43,444 nucleotides of DNA from an uncultured Clostridia bacterium (GTDB lineage Bacteria; Bacillota; Clostridia; Oscillospirales; CAG-272), in NCBI GenBank assembly GCA_946618395.1, contig CAMOLD010000001.1, forward strand, positions 1-43,444, read 5' to 3'. Every line of letters starts with the position of its first letter. The first letter of the stretch is position 1. Shown here in pieces: positions 8,328 through 19,208 of this stretch. The notes beneath the pieces are model-generated. The model saw only the letters and a list, made by a program, of their open reading frames with translations, had not been told where the DNA came from and did no database searches. The translations under genes and the position numbers were made by a program.

Positions 8328-8861
8328 ATGGAAACCGAATGCCTTCGCGCCGGCGCCGTCATCAGGGAGGACTATCGCATTTTGGTAAAATGCGAGGTGG
8401 AGATCCGGGCTCCGAAAGAATATGCAAAGGCGTTGCTTTTCTATCAAAAAATGGCAAGCGCCGCGGTCAATTTCGGCAGGGACTTTTTGGGAGAACAAGG
8501 GAAAAAAGAATATGCCGTTCTGCCCGATCTTTGGGCAAAAGCGCGCTTCTTGCCGTATCGCTTTCGTTTGTATGGAGAGCCGGTTTTTGAGGATTCGGAG
8601 TGCTTTGCAATCGTTTGCAATGCAACATTTCTGCATGGCGGCGAGCGCGAGATCCGCCGCACGGCGCAGGTTTGGAGCAAACGGGACCAGACCATTCTTC
8701 CCAACCGGCAGGTTTTGCGCCGCTTTTGCGGTAGGAAACTGCCAAAAACAAAGGGCTTTCGGGCGGATGGATGCTATCCCGAAAACGGGGAAGTCGTCCT
8801 TTTCCGAAATTCCGAATCCCAAACTCCCTTTACGGAAAGAAAAATCCTTTTTCAAAAATAA
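8328..8861 (+). CDS. Hypothetical protein with no domain I can recognise
   Basis: 177-aa ORF with GGGGGAG SD 7 nt upstream. No TM or signal peptide. Composition is normal for this genome. Confidence 0.55.
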   Translation: METECLRAGAVIREDYRILVKCEVEIRAPKEYAKALLFYQKMASAAVNFGRDFLGEQGKKEYAVLPDLWAKARFLPYRFRLYGEPVFEDSECFAIVCNATFLHGGEREIRRTAQVWSKRDQTILPNRQVLRRFCGRKLPKTKGFRADGCYPENGEVVLFRNSESQTPFTERKILFQK

Positions 8862-8886
8862 AAAATGAAAAAATGCCAAAAAAGAC

Positions 8887-8915
8887 TTGCAAATCGTAAT
8901 ATACTATGATATAAT
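8887..8915 (+). promoter_or_regulatory. Sigma-A-type promoter of the V-ATPase operon
   Basis: TTGCAA, 17 bp, TG-extended TATAAT. Confidence 0.6.
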
Positions 8916-9004
8916 AAAGTTCGTTATATTTTTGATAATCTCAAAACCTTTGGCATCGGTTGTTCTTCTTTGCAATCGGTCCATAGAAAGGCGTGGGTAA
9001 ACCA

Positions 9005-9325
9005 ATGTCAAAAGAAATTTTGGAAAAAATCCGCCAAGCGGAAGCCGAGGCAGACCGCATCATTGCCGAAGCCGAGGCAAAAGCCGCCGCCAAGCGCGCC
9101 GAAGCCGAGGCAAAAGGGCAGAAGATTTGCGAAACTGCCGAAACCGAGGCAACCGTTGCCCTTAAACAGGCAATGGAGGGGGCAAAAGCGCAAATCGAAG
9201 CGCTGAACGCCCAGGCGGTCAAAGCGTCGGAGGCCGAAGCCGCCGCCGTGCTGGAATCGGCAAAGGCAAAAGCCGAAAAGGCAAAGCAAATCGTAATCGG
9301 AGGGCTGGAAGCAAAATGTCGGTAA
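9005..9325 (+). CDS. V-type ATPase peripheral-stalk subunit (G/H-like)
   Basis: MSKEILEKIRQAEAEADRIIAEAEAKA.. all-helical A/E/K-rich protein, first in the operon. The start could instead be GTG at 8993. Confidence 0.7.
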   Translation: MSKEILEKIRQAEAEADRIIAEAEAKAAAKRAEAEAKGQKICETAETEATVALKQAMEGAKAQIEALNAQAVKASEAEAAAVLESAKAKAEKAKQIVIGGLEAKCR

Positions 9326-11301
9326 GCAATATGAAAAGGCTGACCGTTTTTGCGTTCCAACAGGATGCCGACCGCATTGTTCGCCGGTTGATGAATCTGC
9401 GGTGCGTCGAGGTCCGGCAAGCGGATCCCGAGCGCGGCGATGAGGTTCTGCCGTTCTTAAAGGCGGAATCCGAGCTTGCGGAAATCAATCGCAATTTGGC
9501 TCAAATCCGTCAGGCAATTCCCATTCTTGCAAAGTATTGCAGAAAAAAAGGTCTTGCCCGTCGCGTTCTCCGTGCCAATCGCGAGCAATTTGTAAAAAGC
9601 GGACGAGCTGCCGCGGCATTGCAACTTGCCAAGGATACGTTGGAACTTCAAAACAGTCAAAAAGAGAATACGGCAAAGCAAGGGGAGCTTCGCGCGCTTT
9701 GCGAGGCGCTGTCGCCCTGGCTGGGCTATGAAACCCTTTTGAACGATCCGGGAACGCAAAAAACGACAACCGTTCTGGGCAGTTTCCCGCCAACGGTGGA
9801 GCCTGCGGTGCTTACCGGGGAGCTGGACGAGGCTGGAATCGCCGGGGAGCAGGTGCTGGCAGACGAAACAGGCGTCTACTGCGCGCTCACCTTCCTGCGG
9901 GCCGAGGAAAGCGAGGTCAACGCCTTCCTTGCCGCCAAGGGCTTCCAAAAGGTCGATTTGCCCAAAGAGGAAACAACGGCAAGGGAATTGCTCTCCCGCG
10001 CGACCAAAGAGATTGCCGCGCTGGAACAGCAATACCGGGAAAATGAAGAACGCTTCGCGAAACTTGCCGAAGGGAAGGATGAAATCGAGATCCTTTCGGA
10101 TATCGAGGAAACCAACCGCACCGCCGCGGAGCTCAAGCAACGGCTGGCGCAAACAAGCCATTGCGCCATTTTGGACGGCTGGGTGCCGGCAAGCATGGAA
10201 AAAACGGTGGCAGAGGCGCTGGATCAATTCGAGTGCGCCTATGAAACCGAGGACCCCGCTCCGGGGGACGAGCCGCCGGTTCTGCTCCGCAACAACCGGT
10301 TTGCCGCCAACTTCGAGTGGGTTATTGGAATGTATTCCTACCCGCGCTACGGAACCTTTGACCCGACCTTCATCATGAGCATTTTCTACCTGATCATTTT
10401 CGGGCTGATGTTTGCCGATTTCGGATACGGATTATTGCTTTCGGTGCTTTGTTTTGTTGGCATCAAGGTTCTCAATCCGCGCGCACCGATGAAGCGGATG
10501 CTGATGATGTTCGGCTTCTGCGGCATTTCCAGCGCCATCATGGGCGCCGTTTTCGGCGGTTGGTTCGGCAACCTTCCCATAGCAATTATGGAGCAGGTCG
10601 CGCCCAACGCCGTGGACTCTGCCGCCGGGCATATCTTCGCTTCCGGGCTGTGGTTCAATCCGCTGGACGATCCAATGACCTTTTTGGTCATCTCTCTGGG
10701 CGTCGGCGCGGTGCACCTCATTGCCGGTATGGCAATCAAATTCGTCGTTCTTTGCAAGGAAGGGCACGCGTTGGAGGCAATTTGCACCATCCTGCCTTAT
10801 TGGGTGTTGTTTGCCGGGCTTGGAATGTTCGCCGTCGGACTTGCAATGCCGGGGATGATTCCGTCCGGCGTCAGCGCCGGAATTTCGATTGCCGGCGCGG
10901 CAATGATCCTTTGTATGAACGGCATTGGGCAAAAGTCCTTCTTCCAATGGCTCATCAAGGGGCTTGGAGGGCTTTACGGGCTGATCAGCTATGCTTCTGA
11001 CCTGCTTTCCTATTCGCGTGTGCTCGCGCTCGGTCTGGTCGCCGGCGTCATTGCAAAGGTTATCAACATGATCACCGCGCTGGGAACCAAAGGACCAATC
11101 GGCTTTTTGGTCATGCTCGTCATTTTGATCGTGGGCCATGCCTTGAATATCGGAATCAACATTCTCGGCACCTTTGTTCACGCCGCAAGACTTCAATATA
11201 TCGAGTTCTTCGGCAAGTTTTATGAGGACGGCGGCGAGCCGTTCAACCCCGCGCTTCCGGCGGAAGAATACTCGGAAGATATTGCAGAAAGTTCAAAATA
11301 A
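9316..11301 (+). CDS. ntpI: V-type ATPase subunit I (membrane a-subunit)
   Basis: 661 aa with a soluble N-terminal half and a polytopic C-terminal half ending LRLQYIEFFGKFYEDGG. Overlaps the previous gene by 10 nt. Confidence 0.9.
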   Translation: MSVSNMKRLTVFAFQQDADRIVRRLMNLRCVEVRQADPERGDEVLPFLKAESELAEINRNLAQIRQAIPILAKYCRKKGLARRVLRANREQFVKSGRAAAALQLAKDTLELQNSQKENTAKQGELRALCEALSPWLGYETLLNDPGTQKTTTVLGSFPPTVEPAVLTGELDEAGIAGEQVLADETGVYCALTFLRAEESEVNAFLAAKGFQKVDLPKEETTARELLSRATKEIAALEQQYRENEERFAKLAEGKDEIEILSDIEETNRTAAELKQRLAQTSHCAILDGWVPASMEKTVAEALDQFECAYETEDPAPGDEPPVLLRNNRFAANFEWVIGMYSYPRYGTFDPTFIMSIFYLIIFGLMFADFGYGLLLSVLCFVGIKVLNPRAPMKRMLMMFGFCGISSAIMGAVFGGWFGNLPIAIMEQVAPNAVDSAAGHIFASGLWFNPLDDPMTFLVISLGVGAVHLIAGMAIKFVVLCKEGHALEAICTILPYWVLFAGLGMFAVGLAMPGMIPSGVSAGISIAGAAMILCMNGIGQKSFFQWLIKGLGGLYGLISYASDLLSYSRVLALGLVAGVIAKVINMITALGTKGPIGFLVMLVILIVGHALNIGINILGTFVHAARLQYIEFFGKFYEDGGEPFNPALPAEEYSEDIAESSK

Positions 11302-11340
11302 ATTCTTATAAAAACCAAAACAAAAAAGGAGACATCTATC

Positions 11341-11829
11341 ATGGAATTGTGGAAATCTATTTTTACGGGAACCAATCTTGCGCTTCTCGGCGCGGCGTTC
11401 GCAACGCTGTTTGCCGGCATCGGCTCTGCAAAGGGCGTTAACCTGGTTGCAAAAGCCACCAGCGGACTCATCAGTGAAGACCCCAACAAATTCGGTAAAG
11501 CCTTCTTGTTGCAGGCGCTCCCCATGACGCAGGGTATTTACGGCCTGGTTACTTCGTTCATGATCATCTTTAAAATCGGTCTGCTCAGCGGCGGCGCGGC
11601 AGATGTTACGCTTTCGCAGGGCGCCTACTATTTTGTAGCTGCGCTTCCTATTGCGTTCGGCGGTCTGGTTTCGGCCATCAAACAGGGCGAAGTTGCCGCA
11701 GCGGGCATCAAGGTTCTTGCCAAACGCCCCGAGGCAACCGGTAAAGCCATCATTTCGGCTTCTCTGGTCGAGACCTACGCAATTTTCGCGGTTCTTGTTT
11801 CGCTGTTGCTCATTCTGTTTGCAAAATAA
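11341..11829 (+). CDS. ntpK: V-type ATPase proteolipid subunit K
   Basis: 162-aa duplicated c-subunit with 4 TMs, PMTQGIYG and the essential carboxylate in LVETYAIF. Confidence 0.9.
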   Translation: MELWKSIFTGTNLALLGAAFATLFAGIGSAKGVNLVAKATSGLISEDPNKFGKAFLLQALPMTQGIYGLVTSFMIIFKIGLLSGGAADVTLSQGAYYFVAALPIAFGGLVSAIKQGEVAAAGIKVLAKRPEATGKAIISASLVETYAIFAVLVSLLLILFAK

Positions 11830-11875
11830 TTTTCAGGAGCGTTTCGAGAAAGCACAACAGAAAGGAGAAACACCG

Positions 11876-12562
11876 TTGGCAACAAACGGATTGAATCGCA
11901 TCACGGATAAAATCATCGCCGCGGCAAAGGAACAGGCAAACGGAATCCTTGCGGCGGCGGAAGAAGACTGCGCGCGCATTTTGGCGGAATATAACGAAAA
12001 AGCCGAAAAGATTCGCGCCGCTCTCGCCCGTGAGATAGAACAAAAAACGCAGGATCAACTTGCGCGTGCCAAATCTTCTGCCGCCATGGCGGGAAGAAAT
12101 TTGGTTGGAGAAGCGCGCAGTCAGCTGATCGAATCGGTCTTCCGGGATGCGTTTGAGGAAATTGAAAAGAAACCGGAAACCGAATATATCAACCTGATCG
12201 TGGGGCTGTGCTCCGCGGCGGCGGAAGAAATTTTCACCACCGAGGAAAAGAACCTTGCCGTTTACGGCGCCGAGGAAGAAGCGGTTGCCGAACAATGCGA
12301 GATTCTTTTAAATGCGGCGGACCGTAAAAAAATGGGCAATAAGATCCTTGCCGGCGTTCAAAAAGCGCTTTCGGGAAAAATCAGCCCGGAGAATTTGAAA
12401 AAGGTCACGCTCGCCGAAGACACCGTCAACATTCGCGGCGGCGTTGTTCTGCGGTATGGGGAAGTGGAGTCCAACTGCTCGTTTGAAATGCTCTTTTCGC
12501 TTTTGCGGCGCGAGCTGGAAACCGATGTCAGCCGCATGTTGTTCGCCGGCGAAGAGGCTTGA
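11876..12562 (+). CDS. ntpE: V-type ATPase subunit E
   Basis: TTG start 8 nt after GAAAGGAG, just past ntpK; the upstream part of the ORF-track frame overlaps ntpK. LNRITDKIIAAAKEQANGILAAAEED.. helical N-terminus with a globular C-terminus. Confidence 0.8.
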   Translation: MATNGLNRITDKIIAAAKEQANGILAAAEEDCARILAEYNEKAEKIRAALAREIEQKTQDQLARAKSSAAMAGRNLVGEARSQLIESVFRDAFEEIEKKPETEYINLIVGLCSAAAEEIFTTEEKNLAVYGAEEEAVAEQCEILLNAADRKKMGNKILAGVQKALSGKISPENLKKVTLAEDTVNIRGGVVLRYGEVESNCSFEMLFSLLRRELETDVSRMLFAGEEA

Positions 12563-12580
12563 CGGGAAAGGCGGAATAAG

Positions 12581-13567
12581 ATGGAAGACTATCTGTTCGC
12601 CTGTGCGCGCGTCAGTGCCCTGGAAAACGGGCTGATCGGGCGCGAAAAGTTGGAGCGCCTGATGGCGGCTCCCGGCATGGAAAAATGCGTGGAACTGCTT
12701 TCGGAATACGGCGTTGACGTCAAACGCGATCCCGCAACCGGCGCCTTTTTGCGCGAAGAAACCCTGCTTGCGCGTTTGCAAAAAGCCTATGCCGAGGTGC
12801 AGGACGGGACCGAGGATGCCCCCTTTGCCCGCATTTTCCGCCGTCAATATGACTGCAACAACATCAAAGCGGCAATCAAATGTCAAAAACGCGGCGTTGA
12901 TCCCGCGTCCATGATGTTTGATTTCGGAACGATTCCGGTGCAAACGGTTGTTGAATGTGCCGGGAAGAATGACTTTGAAAAATTGGAAGAACCCTTTGCA
13001 ACCGCCGCGCGCGAAGCAAGCGACGCGTTTGCAAAAACAAACAATCCACAATGGGTGGATTTGGTTTTGGATCGCGCCTGCTATGCGGCAATGCTTGCCG
13101 ACGCGGGAAAGAATGAATTTGCGCGCAAGATCGTCGCGCAAAAGATCGACCTGACCAATCTGCTCACCTGTTTGCGCCTGTTGCGCATGAGGAGCGGGGA
13201 AGCCGGCAGAATGCTGTTGCGCGACGCGCTGATCGAGGGCGGAGAACTGGAAAAGGAATTTTTTGAGGCCGCATACGGCGAAGGGGAAACTCCCTTTTGG
13301 GAAGCGGTTGCAAGAACCGATTACAGCGCCTTTGCAAACGGGCTGGAAAGCTCGTCCACACTCACAGAGATCGAGCGCGCGGCGGACAATTTCTGGATCT
13401 CGTCCGTCCGCCAGGCAAAATGGCAGGTCTTCGGGCAGGAAGTGCTTCTTTCCTATCTCGCAACGGTGGAGTATGAGGTCCGCAACCTGCGCATCGTTTT
13501 GGCAGGTGTAGAAGCCGGGTTGTCCCCGAAAATCATCGGAGAAAGGATCCGCTTGAATGAATTATAA
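12581..13567 (+). CDS. ntpC: V-type ATPase subunit C (eukaryotic d homologue)
   Basis: 328 aa, at the conserved operon position. MEDYLFACARVSALENGLI..VEYEVRNLRIVLAG. Confidence 0.85.
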   Translation: MEDYLFACARVSALENGLIGREKLERLMAAPGMEKCVELLSEYGVDVKRDPATGAFLREETLLARLQKAYAEVQDGTEDAPFARIFRRQYDCNNIKAAIKCQKRGVDPASMMFDFGTIPVQTVVECAGKNDFEKLEEPFATAAREASDAFAKTNNPQWVDLVLDRACYAAMLADAGKNEFARKIVAQKIDLTNLLTCLRLLRMRSGEAGRMLLRDALIEGGELEKEFFEAAYGEGETPFWEAVARTDYSAFANGLESSSTLTEIERAADNFWISSVRQAKWQVFGQEVLLSYLATVEYEVRNLRIVLAGVEAGLSPKIIGERIRLNEL

Positions 13568-13916
13568 AATTGGAATTATCGGAAACCGGGATGCCGTTCT
13601 CGGTTTCATGGCGCTTGGCTTTTCGGTGCACGAGGTCTCCTCGGTCGCCGAGGCAACCAAGGAACTGCATTCCATGGCGCGCTCGCAGGAATACGGCGTC
13701 ATCTTCCTCACCGAGGACTACGCCGCGCGCATGGAAGAGGAAACGGCGCGCTATCGCGATTTGCCCCTGCCGGCAATCGTTTCCATTCCTGCTCCCGGGG
13801 GCTCCTCCGGCTATGGAATGAACAATTTGCGCCAGGCGGTGGAACGCGCCGTAGGAGCGGACATCCTGTTCAAGAATAACGAAACGGCACAAACGGAAAA
13901 CGAAGAAAGGAAATAA
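13557..13916 (+). CDS. V-type ATPase subunit F
   Basis: [29 protein letters not shown], with the expected size and operon position. Confidence 0.85.
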   Translation: MNYKIGIIGNRDAVLGFMALGFSVHEVSSVAEATKELHSMARSQEYGVIFLTEDYAARMEEETARYRDLPLPAIVSIPAPGGSSGYGMNNLRQAVERAVGADILFKNNETAQTENEERK

Positions 13917-13924
13917 CCTCTGAA

Positions 13925-15700
13925 ATGGTTGAAGGAAAAATTCGCAAGGTATCGGGGCCTCTTGTCATTGCCGAGGGAATGAGAGAAGCCAATCTGTTCG
14001 ACGTGGTTCACGTCGGCGAAAACCGTCTGATCGGTGAGATCATCGAAATGCACGGGGACCGCGCGTCCATCCAGGTTTATGAGGAGACTGCCGGACTCGG
14101 TCGCGGCGACCGCGTGGTATCCACAGGCTCGCCCCTTTCGGTAGAGCTGGGCCCCGGCCTCTTAACCAATATTTTTGACGGTATCCAACGTCCGTTGGAA
14201 ACCATGCGCGTCAAATACGGATCCAACCTGATCCGCGGAATCGACGAAAAAGCGCTGGACCGCAGCAAGGTCTGGCATTTTGTGCCTGCCAAAGCGGCGG
14301 GCGAAACCGTTGAGCCGGGCGATGTTTACGGAACGGTGCAGGAGAACGAGGTCGTTCTGCATAAAATCCTTGTGCCGCCCAAAACCTCCGGAACGGTTTT
14401 GGATATTGCCGAAGGCGACTATACCGTCACCGATGCGGTTGGACACATCAAACTTGCCAATGGCACCGAGCAGGAGATTACCCTCATGCAAAAGTGGCCT
14501 GTGCGTGTTTCGCGCCCCTATCGGGAAAAATTGCCGCCGGTTGACCCCATGATCACCGGTCAGCGCCCCATTGACGCGCTGTTCCCCATCGCAAAGGGCG
14601 GCACCGCCTGCGTTCCGGGCCCGTTCGGCTCGGGCAAAACGGTGGTTCAGCACCAGCTTGCCAAGTGGAGCGACGTGGATCTTGTCGTCTATATCGGTTG
14701 CGGAGAGCGCGGAAACGAAATGACCGACGTTTTGCGCGAGTTTCCGGAACTCACCGACCCGCGCACCGGAAAATCGCTTATGGAGCGCACGGTGCTGATT
14801 GCAAATACTTCGGATATGCCTGTTGCCGCGCGTGAAGCGTCGATTTATACGGGCATCACCATTGCCGAATACTTCCGCGATATGGGCTATTCGGTCGCCG
14901 TCATCGCCGATTCCACCTCCCGCTGGGCGGAGGCATTGCGCGAAATGTCCGGGCGACTGGAAGAAATGCCGGGCGAAGAGGGCTATCCCGCTTACCTGAC
15001 CTCCCGTTTGGCGCAGTTCTATGAACGCGCAGGGAAGGTGGTCTGCCTCGGCTCCGACGGGCGCATCGGCGCGCTTTCCGCCATCGGCGCGGTCTCGCCG
15101 CAGGGCGGCGATATTTCCGAGCCGGTCACCCAGGCAACGCTGCGAATCGTCAAAGTGTTCTGGGGGCTGGATTCCTCGCTGGCTTATCGCCGTCATTTCC
15201 CGGCAATCAACTGGCTCACATCCTATTCGCTCTACCGCGAGCGGTTGGAGGAGTGGTTCTCCGAGCATATTGCAAAGGATTGGACTTCGCTGGTTGACCG
15301 TTGCCTGCGCGTGTTGCAGGAAGAGGCGGATTTGCAGGAAATCGTCAAGCTCGTTGGTATGGATGCGCTTTCGCCCGAAGATCGCCTCAAACTGGACGTT
15401 GCGCAGTCGATTCGCGAGGACTTTTTGCAGCAAAACGCGTTCGTGGATGTGGATAGCTATACCTCGCTGGAAAAACAGCATGCCATGTTGCGGCTGATCT
15501 TCCTGTTTGCCGACGAAGGCAAACGCGCCATCGAGGCGGGCGCCGACATCGAGGATATTGCAACGCTCCCGGTGCATGAGAGCATCGGCCGTGCAAAATC
15601 CGTTCCCGAAAGCGAGTTCAAAACCGAGTTTGCCGCCATCGAGGCGCAAATCACCTCCGAAATGGACCGCCTGATCAAGAGCGCACGGGAGGAAAACTGA
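13925..15700 (+). CDS. ntpA: V-type ATPase catalytic subunit A
   Basis: [16 protein letters not shown], Walker [10 protein letters not shown], and [30 protein letters not shown]. Confidence 0.95.
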   Translation: MVEGKIRKVSGPLVIAEGMREANLFDVVHVGENRLIGEIIEMHGDRASIQVYEETAGLGRGDRVVSTGSPLSVELGPGLLTNIFDGIQRPLETMRVKYGSNLIRGIDEKALDRSKVWHFVPAKAAGETVEPGDVYGTVQENEVVLHKILVPPKTSGTVLDIAEGDYTVTDAVGHIKLANGTEQEITLMQKWPVRVSRPYREKLPPVDPMITGQRPIDALFPIAKGGTACVPGPFGSGKTVVQHQLAKWSDVDLVVYIGCGERGNEMTDVLREFPELTDPRTGKSLMERTVLIANTSDMPVAAREASIYTGITIAEYFRDMGYSVAVIADSTSRWAEALREMSGRLEEMPGEEGYPAYLTSRLAQFYERAGKVVCLGSDGRIGALSAIGAVSPQGGDISEPVTQATLRIVKVFWGLDSSLAYRRHFPAINWLTSYSLYRERLEEWFSEHIAKDWTSLVDRCLRVLQEEADLQEIVKLVGMDALSPEDRLKLDVAQSIREDFLQQNAFVDVDSYTSLEKQHAMLRLIFLFADEGKRAIEAGADIEDIATLPVHESIGRAKSVPESEFKTEFAAIEAQITSEMDRLIKSAREEN

Positions 15701-15702
15701 TT

Positions 15703-17085
15703 ATGATGAGAGAATACAGAACCATCGAAGAAGTCGCCGGGCCGCTGATGCTGGTGCGTCAGGTCGAGGGCGTCAAATATGACGAGCTGGGAGAGATCGA
15801 GCTGCCAAACGGGGAAGTTCGCCGTTGCCGTGTTCTGGAAGTCAACGGCAAAAATGTTCTGGTGCAGTTGTTTGAATCTGCGGCAGGGCTCAACCTTTCC
15901 AGCAGCAAGGTGCGCTTTTCCGGGCACGGGGTCGAGCTTCCGGTTTCGTCCAATATGCTCGGGCGCGTTTTCAACGGTATGGGCGAGCCGATCGACGGCG
16001 GCGCCAAACTGATTCCCGAAAAATCGCTGGACATCAACGGCACGCCAATCAACCCCGCCGCCCGCTATTATCCCTCCGAGTTTATTCAAACCGGCGTTTC
16101 GAGCATTGACGGCCTGAATACGCTCGTCCGCGGACAAAAACTGCCCATCTTTTCGGGCTCCGGTTTGCCGCATGCCAACCTTGCGGCGCAAATCGCGCGG
16201 CAGGCAAAGGTGCTGGGCAGTAACGAAAAGTTTGCCGTCGTCTTCGCCGCTATCGGTATCACCTTTGAGGAAGCCGATTTCTTCATTTCGGATTTCCGAA
16301 AGACCGGCGCGCTGGACCGCACCGTGCTGTTCATCAACCTGGCGTCGGACGCCGCCATCGAGCGTATTTCCACCCCGCGTATGGCGCTCACCGCCGCCGA
16401 GTATCTGGCGTTTGAATGCAATATGCACGTGCTGGTCATTATGACCGATATCACCAACTATGCCGAGGCATTGCGTGAGGTTTCCGCCGCACGCAAAGAG
16501 GTCCCCGGTCGCCGCGGCTACCCCGGCTATCTTTACACCGACCTTGCAACGCTTTATGAAAGAGCAGGGCGCAAAATGGGCTCGGACGGTTCCATTACCA
16601 TGATCCCCATTCTGACCATGCCGGAGGACGATAAAACCCACCCCATCCCCGACTTAACCGGGTATATCACCGAGGGGCAAATCATTCTTTCGCGCGAGCT
16701 TTACCGCAAGGGATACCTGCCGCCGGTAGACGTTTTGCCGTCGCTTTCCCGTCTGAAGGATAAGGGAATCGGCGCAGGGAAAACGCGCGAGGACCATGCC
16801 AACACCATGAACCAGCTCTTTTCCGCCTATGCACGCGGAAAGGAAGCGCGCGAGTTGATGGTCGTGCTTGGCGAGGCGGCTCTTTCCCCGGTCGACCGGC
16901 TGTATGCCAAGTTTGCCGATGCGTTTGAAACAGAGTATATCAACCAGGGGTTCTATGAAAACCGCTCCATCGAGGAAACGCTGAATCTGGGCTGGAAATT
17001 GCTCACCATTTTGCCGCGTAGCGAAATGAAGCGTATCAAACCCGAATTCCTGGATAAATATTGGAAGCAGAGCGCAGAACAGTAA
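15703..17085 (+). CDS. ntpB: V-type ATPase subunit B
   Basis: [54 protein letters not shown]. Confidence 0.95.
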   Translation: MMREYRTIEEVAGPLMLVRQVEGVKYDELGEIELPNGEVRRCRVLEVNGKNVLVQLFESAAGLNLSSSKVRFSGHGVELPVSSNMLGRVFNGMGEPIDGGAKLIPEKSLDINGTPINPAARYYPSEFIQTGVSSIDGLNTLVRGQKLPIFSGSGLPHANLAAQIARQAKVLGSNEKFAVVFAAIGITFEEADFFISDFRKTGALDRTVLFINLASDAAIERISTPRMALTAAEYLAFECNMHVLVIMTDITNYAEALREVSAARKEVPGRRGYPGYLYTDLATLYERAGRKMGSDGSITMIPILTMPEDDKTHPIPDLTGYITEGQIILSRELYRKGYLPPVDVLPSLSRLKDKGIGAGKTREDHANTMNQLFSAYARGKEARELMVVLGEAALSPVDRLYAKFADAFETEYINQGFYENRSIEETLNLGWKLLTILPRSEMKRIKPEFLDKYWKQSAEQ

Positions 17086-17119
17086 TTTATGAAAAACTGC
17101 ACTCGGAAAGGAGGATGAC

Positions 17120-17803
17120 ATGGCGGAAATCCGGGTAAACCCAACGCGCATGGAGATGAAGAGCTATCAAAAGCGCTATCAGACCGCGCGCCGGGGGCAT
17201 AAACTGCTCAAAGACAAACGCGATGAACTCATGCGGCAATTTCTGGATGTCGTCCGGGAGGATAAAGCCTTGCGCGAGCGCGTAGAGGCGGCTTTGCAAC
17301 AGGTTTACGGCGGCTTTACGGTTGCCGGCGCCGTCAGCAATCCCAAAATGTTGCAGGAAGCGCTCATCTATCCCAAAAAAGAAGGCTCGCTTGAGGTGGA
17401 CTACCGCAATTTGATGAGCGTGAACGTTCCGGTGTTCCATCTGCACGTCCATGCGGAAGGGAACTCCGACCACTATAACTACGGTATGGCGTTTACCTCC
17501 GGTGAACTGGACTCTGCGCTGCGCGCCCTCAACGGAATTCTGGAGGACCTTTTGCGCATGGCGGAGCTGGAAAAAACGGCGCAACTGCTTGCCGAGGAAA
17601 TTGAGCGCACCCGCCGGCGCGTCAACGCGCTGGAATATATCCTCATGCCGCAGTATCTGCAAATCATTCGCTCCATTCGCATGAAGCTGGATGAAAACGA
17701 CCGCGGAAACACCACGCGGCTCATGAAGGTCAAGGATATGATGTTGCAAGCGCAAATGGCGCAAAACGCAAAAGCCGAAGAAGAGGATAGCGATCCTGCA
17801 TAA
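17120..17803 (+). CDS. ntpD: V-type ATPase central-stalk subunit D
   Basis: VNPTRMEMKSYQKRYQTARRGHKLLKDKRDELM.. RRVNALEYILMPQ. Confidence 0.9.
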   Translation: MAEIRVNPTRMEMKSYQKRYQTARRGHKLLKDKRDELMRQFLDVVREDKALRERVEAALQQVYGGFTVAGAVSNPKMLQEALIYPKKEGSLEVDYRNLMSVNVPVFHLHVHAEGNSDHYNYGMAFTSGELDSALRALNGILEDLLRMAELEKTAQLLAEEIERTRRRVNALEYILMPQYLQIIRSIRMKLDENDRGNTTRLMKVKDMMLQAQMAQNAKAEEEDSDPA

Positions 17804-17812
17804 TCGCTTTTC

Positions 17813-17851
17813 AAAAAGTCCGCGGAAACAATCGTTTTCGCGGACTTTTTT
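17813..17851 (+). terminator. Rho-independent terminator of the V-ATPase operon
   Basis: AAAAAGTCCGCG..CGCGGACTTTTTT. Confidence 0.8.
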
Positions 17852-17967
17852 GAACAAATTGAAAACAAATTTAAAAAAATTGTGGTGAAAGCCATTTTTT
17901 GTGATATAATAGAAGTAGAAAGACTCCGCCCAAAGCGGATTGGAAAGCAGAAAGGAGAGAAACCGCA

Positions 17968-18483
17968 ATGTTTGCAAAAGGCGACTACGTATTTTATGCC
18001 TCGGGCGGCATTTGCCGCATAGAGGATGTTCAGCGCGCCCCACTTCCCGGAATGCCGGAAGACCGAACCTACTATGTTTTGCGTTCCTTGCATGATGCAA
18101 ACGGCGTTTCCTACCTTCCAACCGATTGCACCACCGTCTTTCTCCGTCCCATTTTAACGTCGGAGCAAGCCAAGCAATTTTTAAGTGCGGCAAACAATGT
18201 GGAAACCATCGAGGCGGCGGATGCAAAAGCCCTGCGCACCAATTACCAGGAGGCTATGCGCAAAAACAGCCCCGATGAATGGTTCCGCATCATCAAAACC
18301 ATCCGGGAGCGCGCCGCCCGGTTGAATGAGAATGCCAAACCGGTCAAACTTTCGGAAACCGAGCGGACATTCAGCGAGGAAGCGAAAAAGTATCTTTATA
18401 CCGAGCTTTCCCTGGCGCTGGACCTGACCGTGGCGCAAATTGAACAATCTCTGTTTGACAACTGCAACAAAAAAGCCGAATAA
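17968..18483 (+). CDS. CarD/CdnL-family RNA-polymerase-binding transcription factor
   Basis: MFAKGDYVFYASGGICRIEDV..YYVLRS (Tudor-like CarD_CdnL_TRCF N-domain) plus a helical C-domain. TG-extended TATAAT at 17905-17910 upstream. Confidence 0.75.
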   Translation: MFAKGDYVFYASGGICRIEDVQRAPLPGMPEDRTYYVLRSLHDANGVSYLPTDCTTVFLRPILTSEQAKQFLSAANNVETIEAADAKALRTNYQEAMRKNSPDEWFRIIKTIRERAARLNENAKPVKLSETERTFSEEAKKYLYTELSLALDLTVAQIEQSLFDNCNKKAE

Positions 18484-18531
18484 AAAATCCGATTCCTTGC
18501 AACACGGGTGCAACAGAATCGGATTTTTTTA
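18483..18531. terminator. Bidirectional terminator between the carD-like gene and rpe
   Basis: AAAAAATCCGATTC..GAATCGGATTTTTTT long hairpin. Confidence 0.75.
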
Positions 18532-18536
18532 TTTTC

Positions 18537-19208
18537 TCAACCGCGAAACGGATTTGCGTTTGCCGCTTTCAGCATATTGGCAATTGTCAATTTCGGGCGC
18601 TTGGAGCGGAAGATGGTGGAGCCGGAAACAATGATGTTTGCACCCGCGGCGGTTGTCAGAGCAACGTTTTCTTCGTTGATGCCGCCGTCCACTTCAATAT
18701 CCAGTTTCAATTTGTCCCGTTTGGCAATGCGGCGAATGACCCGCACCTTTTCCAAACATTCGGGCATAAACGCCTGACCTCCGAAACCGGGAACCACTGT
18801 CATCACCAGCGCCATTTGAATTTCGGAAAGGTAGGGCAAAATCTCTTCCACAGGTGTTGCGGGGGAAATCGCCAAGCCGCATTTCAGGTCCCGCGCGCGA
18901 ATCTCGCGAATCACCGCCCGGGGGTCTTTGCAACTTTCCAGGTGGAAGGTGATAATGTCGGCGCCGGCTTTCGTAAAAGCGTCAATGTAGCGGATGGGAT
19001 CCTGAATCATCAAATGCACGTCAAAGCAAAGATTGCTCTTTTTGCGAAGCGCGGAGATGACCGGAGCCCCGAAACTGATGTTGGGAACGAACAGTCCGTC
19101 CATCACGTCCAAATGGAGATAGGTCGCGCCCGCGTCGGTTACGCGTTTGACACTTTCTTCCAGGTTTGCAAAATCAGCCGCAAGCAAAGAAGGTGCAATG
19201 TGAATCAT
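18537..19208 (-). CDS. rpe: Ribulose-phosphate 3-epimerase
   Basis: MIHIAPSLLAADFANLEE..HLDVMDGLFVPNISFG..MTVVPGFGGQAF..IEVDGGIN. GAGGAGG SD before the ATG at 19208. Confidence 0.92.
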   Translation of the reverse strand: MIHIAPSLLAADFANLEESVKRVTDAGATYLHLDVMDGLFVPNISFGAPVISALRKKSNLCFDVHLMIQDPIRYIDAFTKAGADIITFHLESCKDPRAVIREIRARDLKCGLAISPATPVEEILPYLSEIQMALVMTVVPGFGGQAFMPECLEKVRVIRRIAKRDKLKLDIEVDGGINEENVALTTAAGANIIVSGSTIFRSKRPKLTIANMLKAANANPFRG

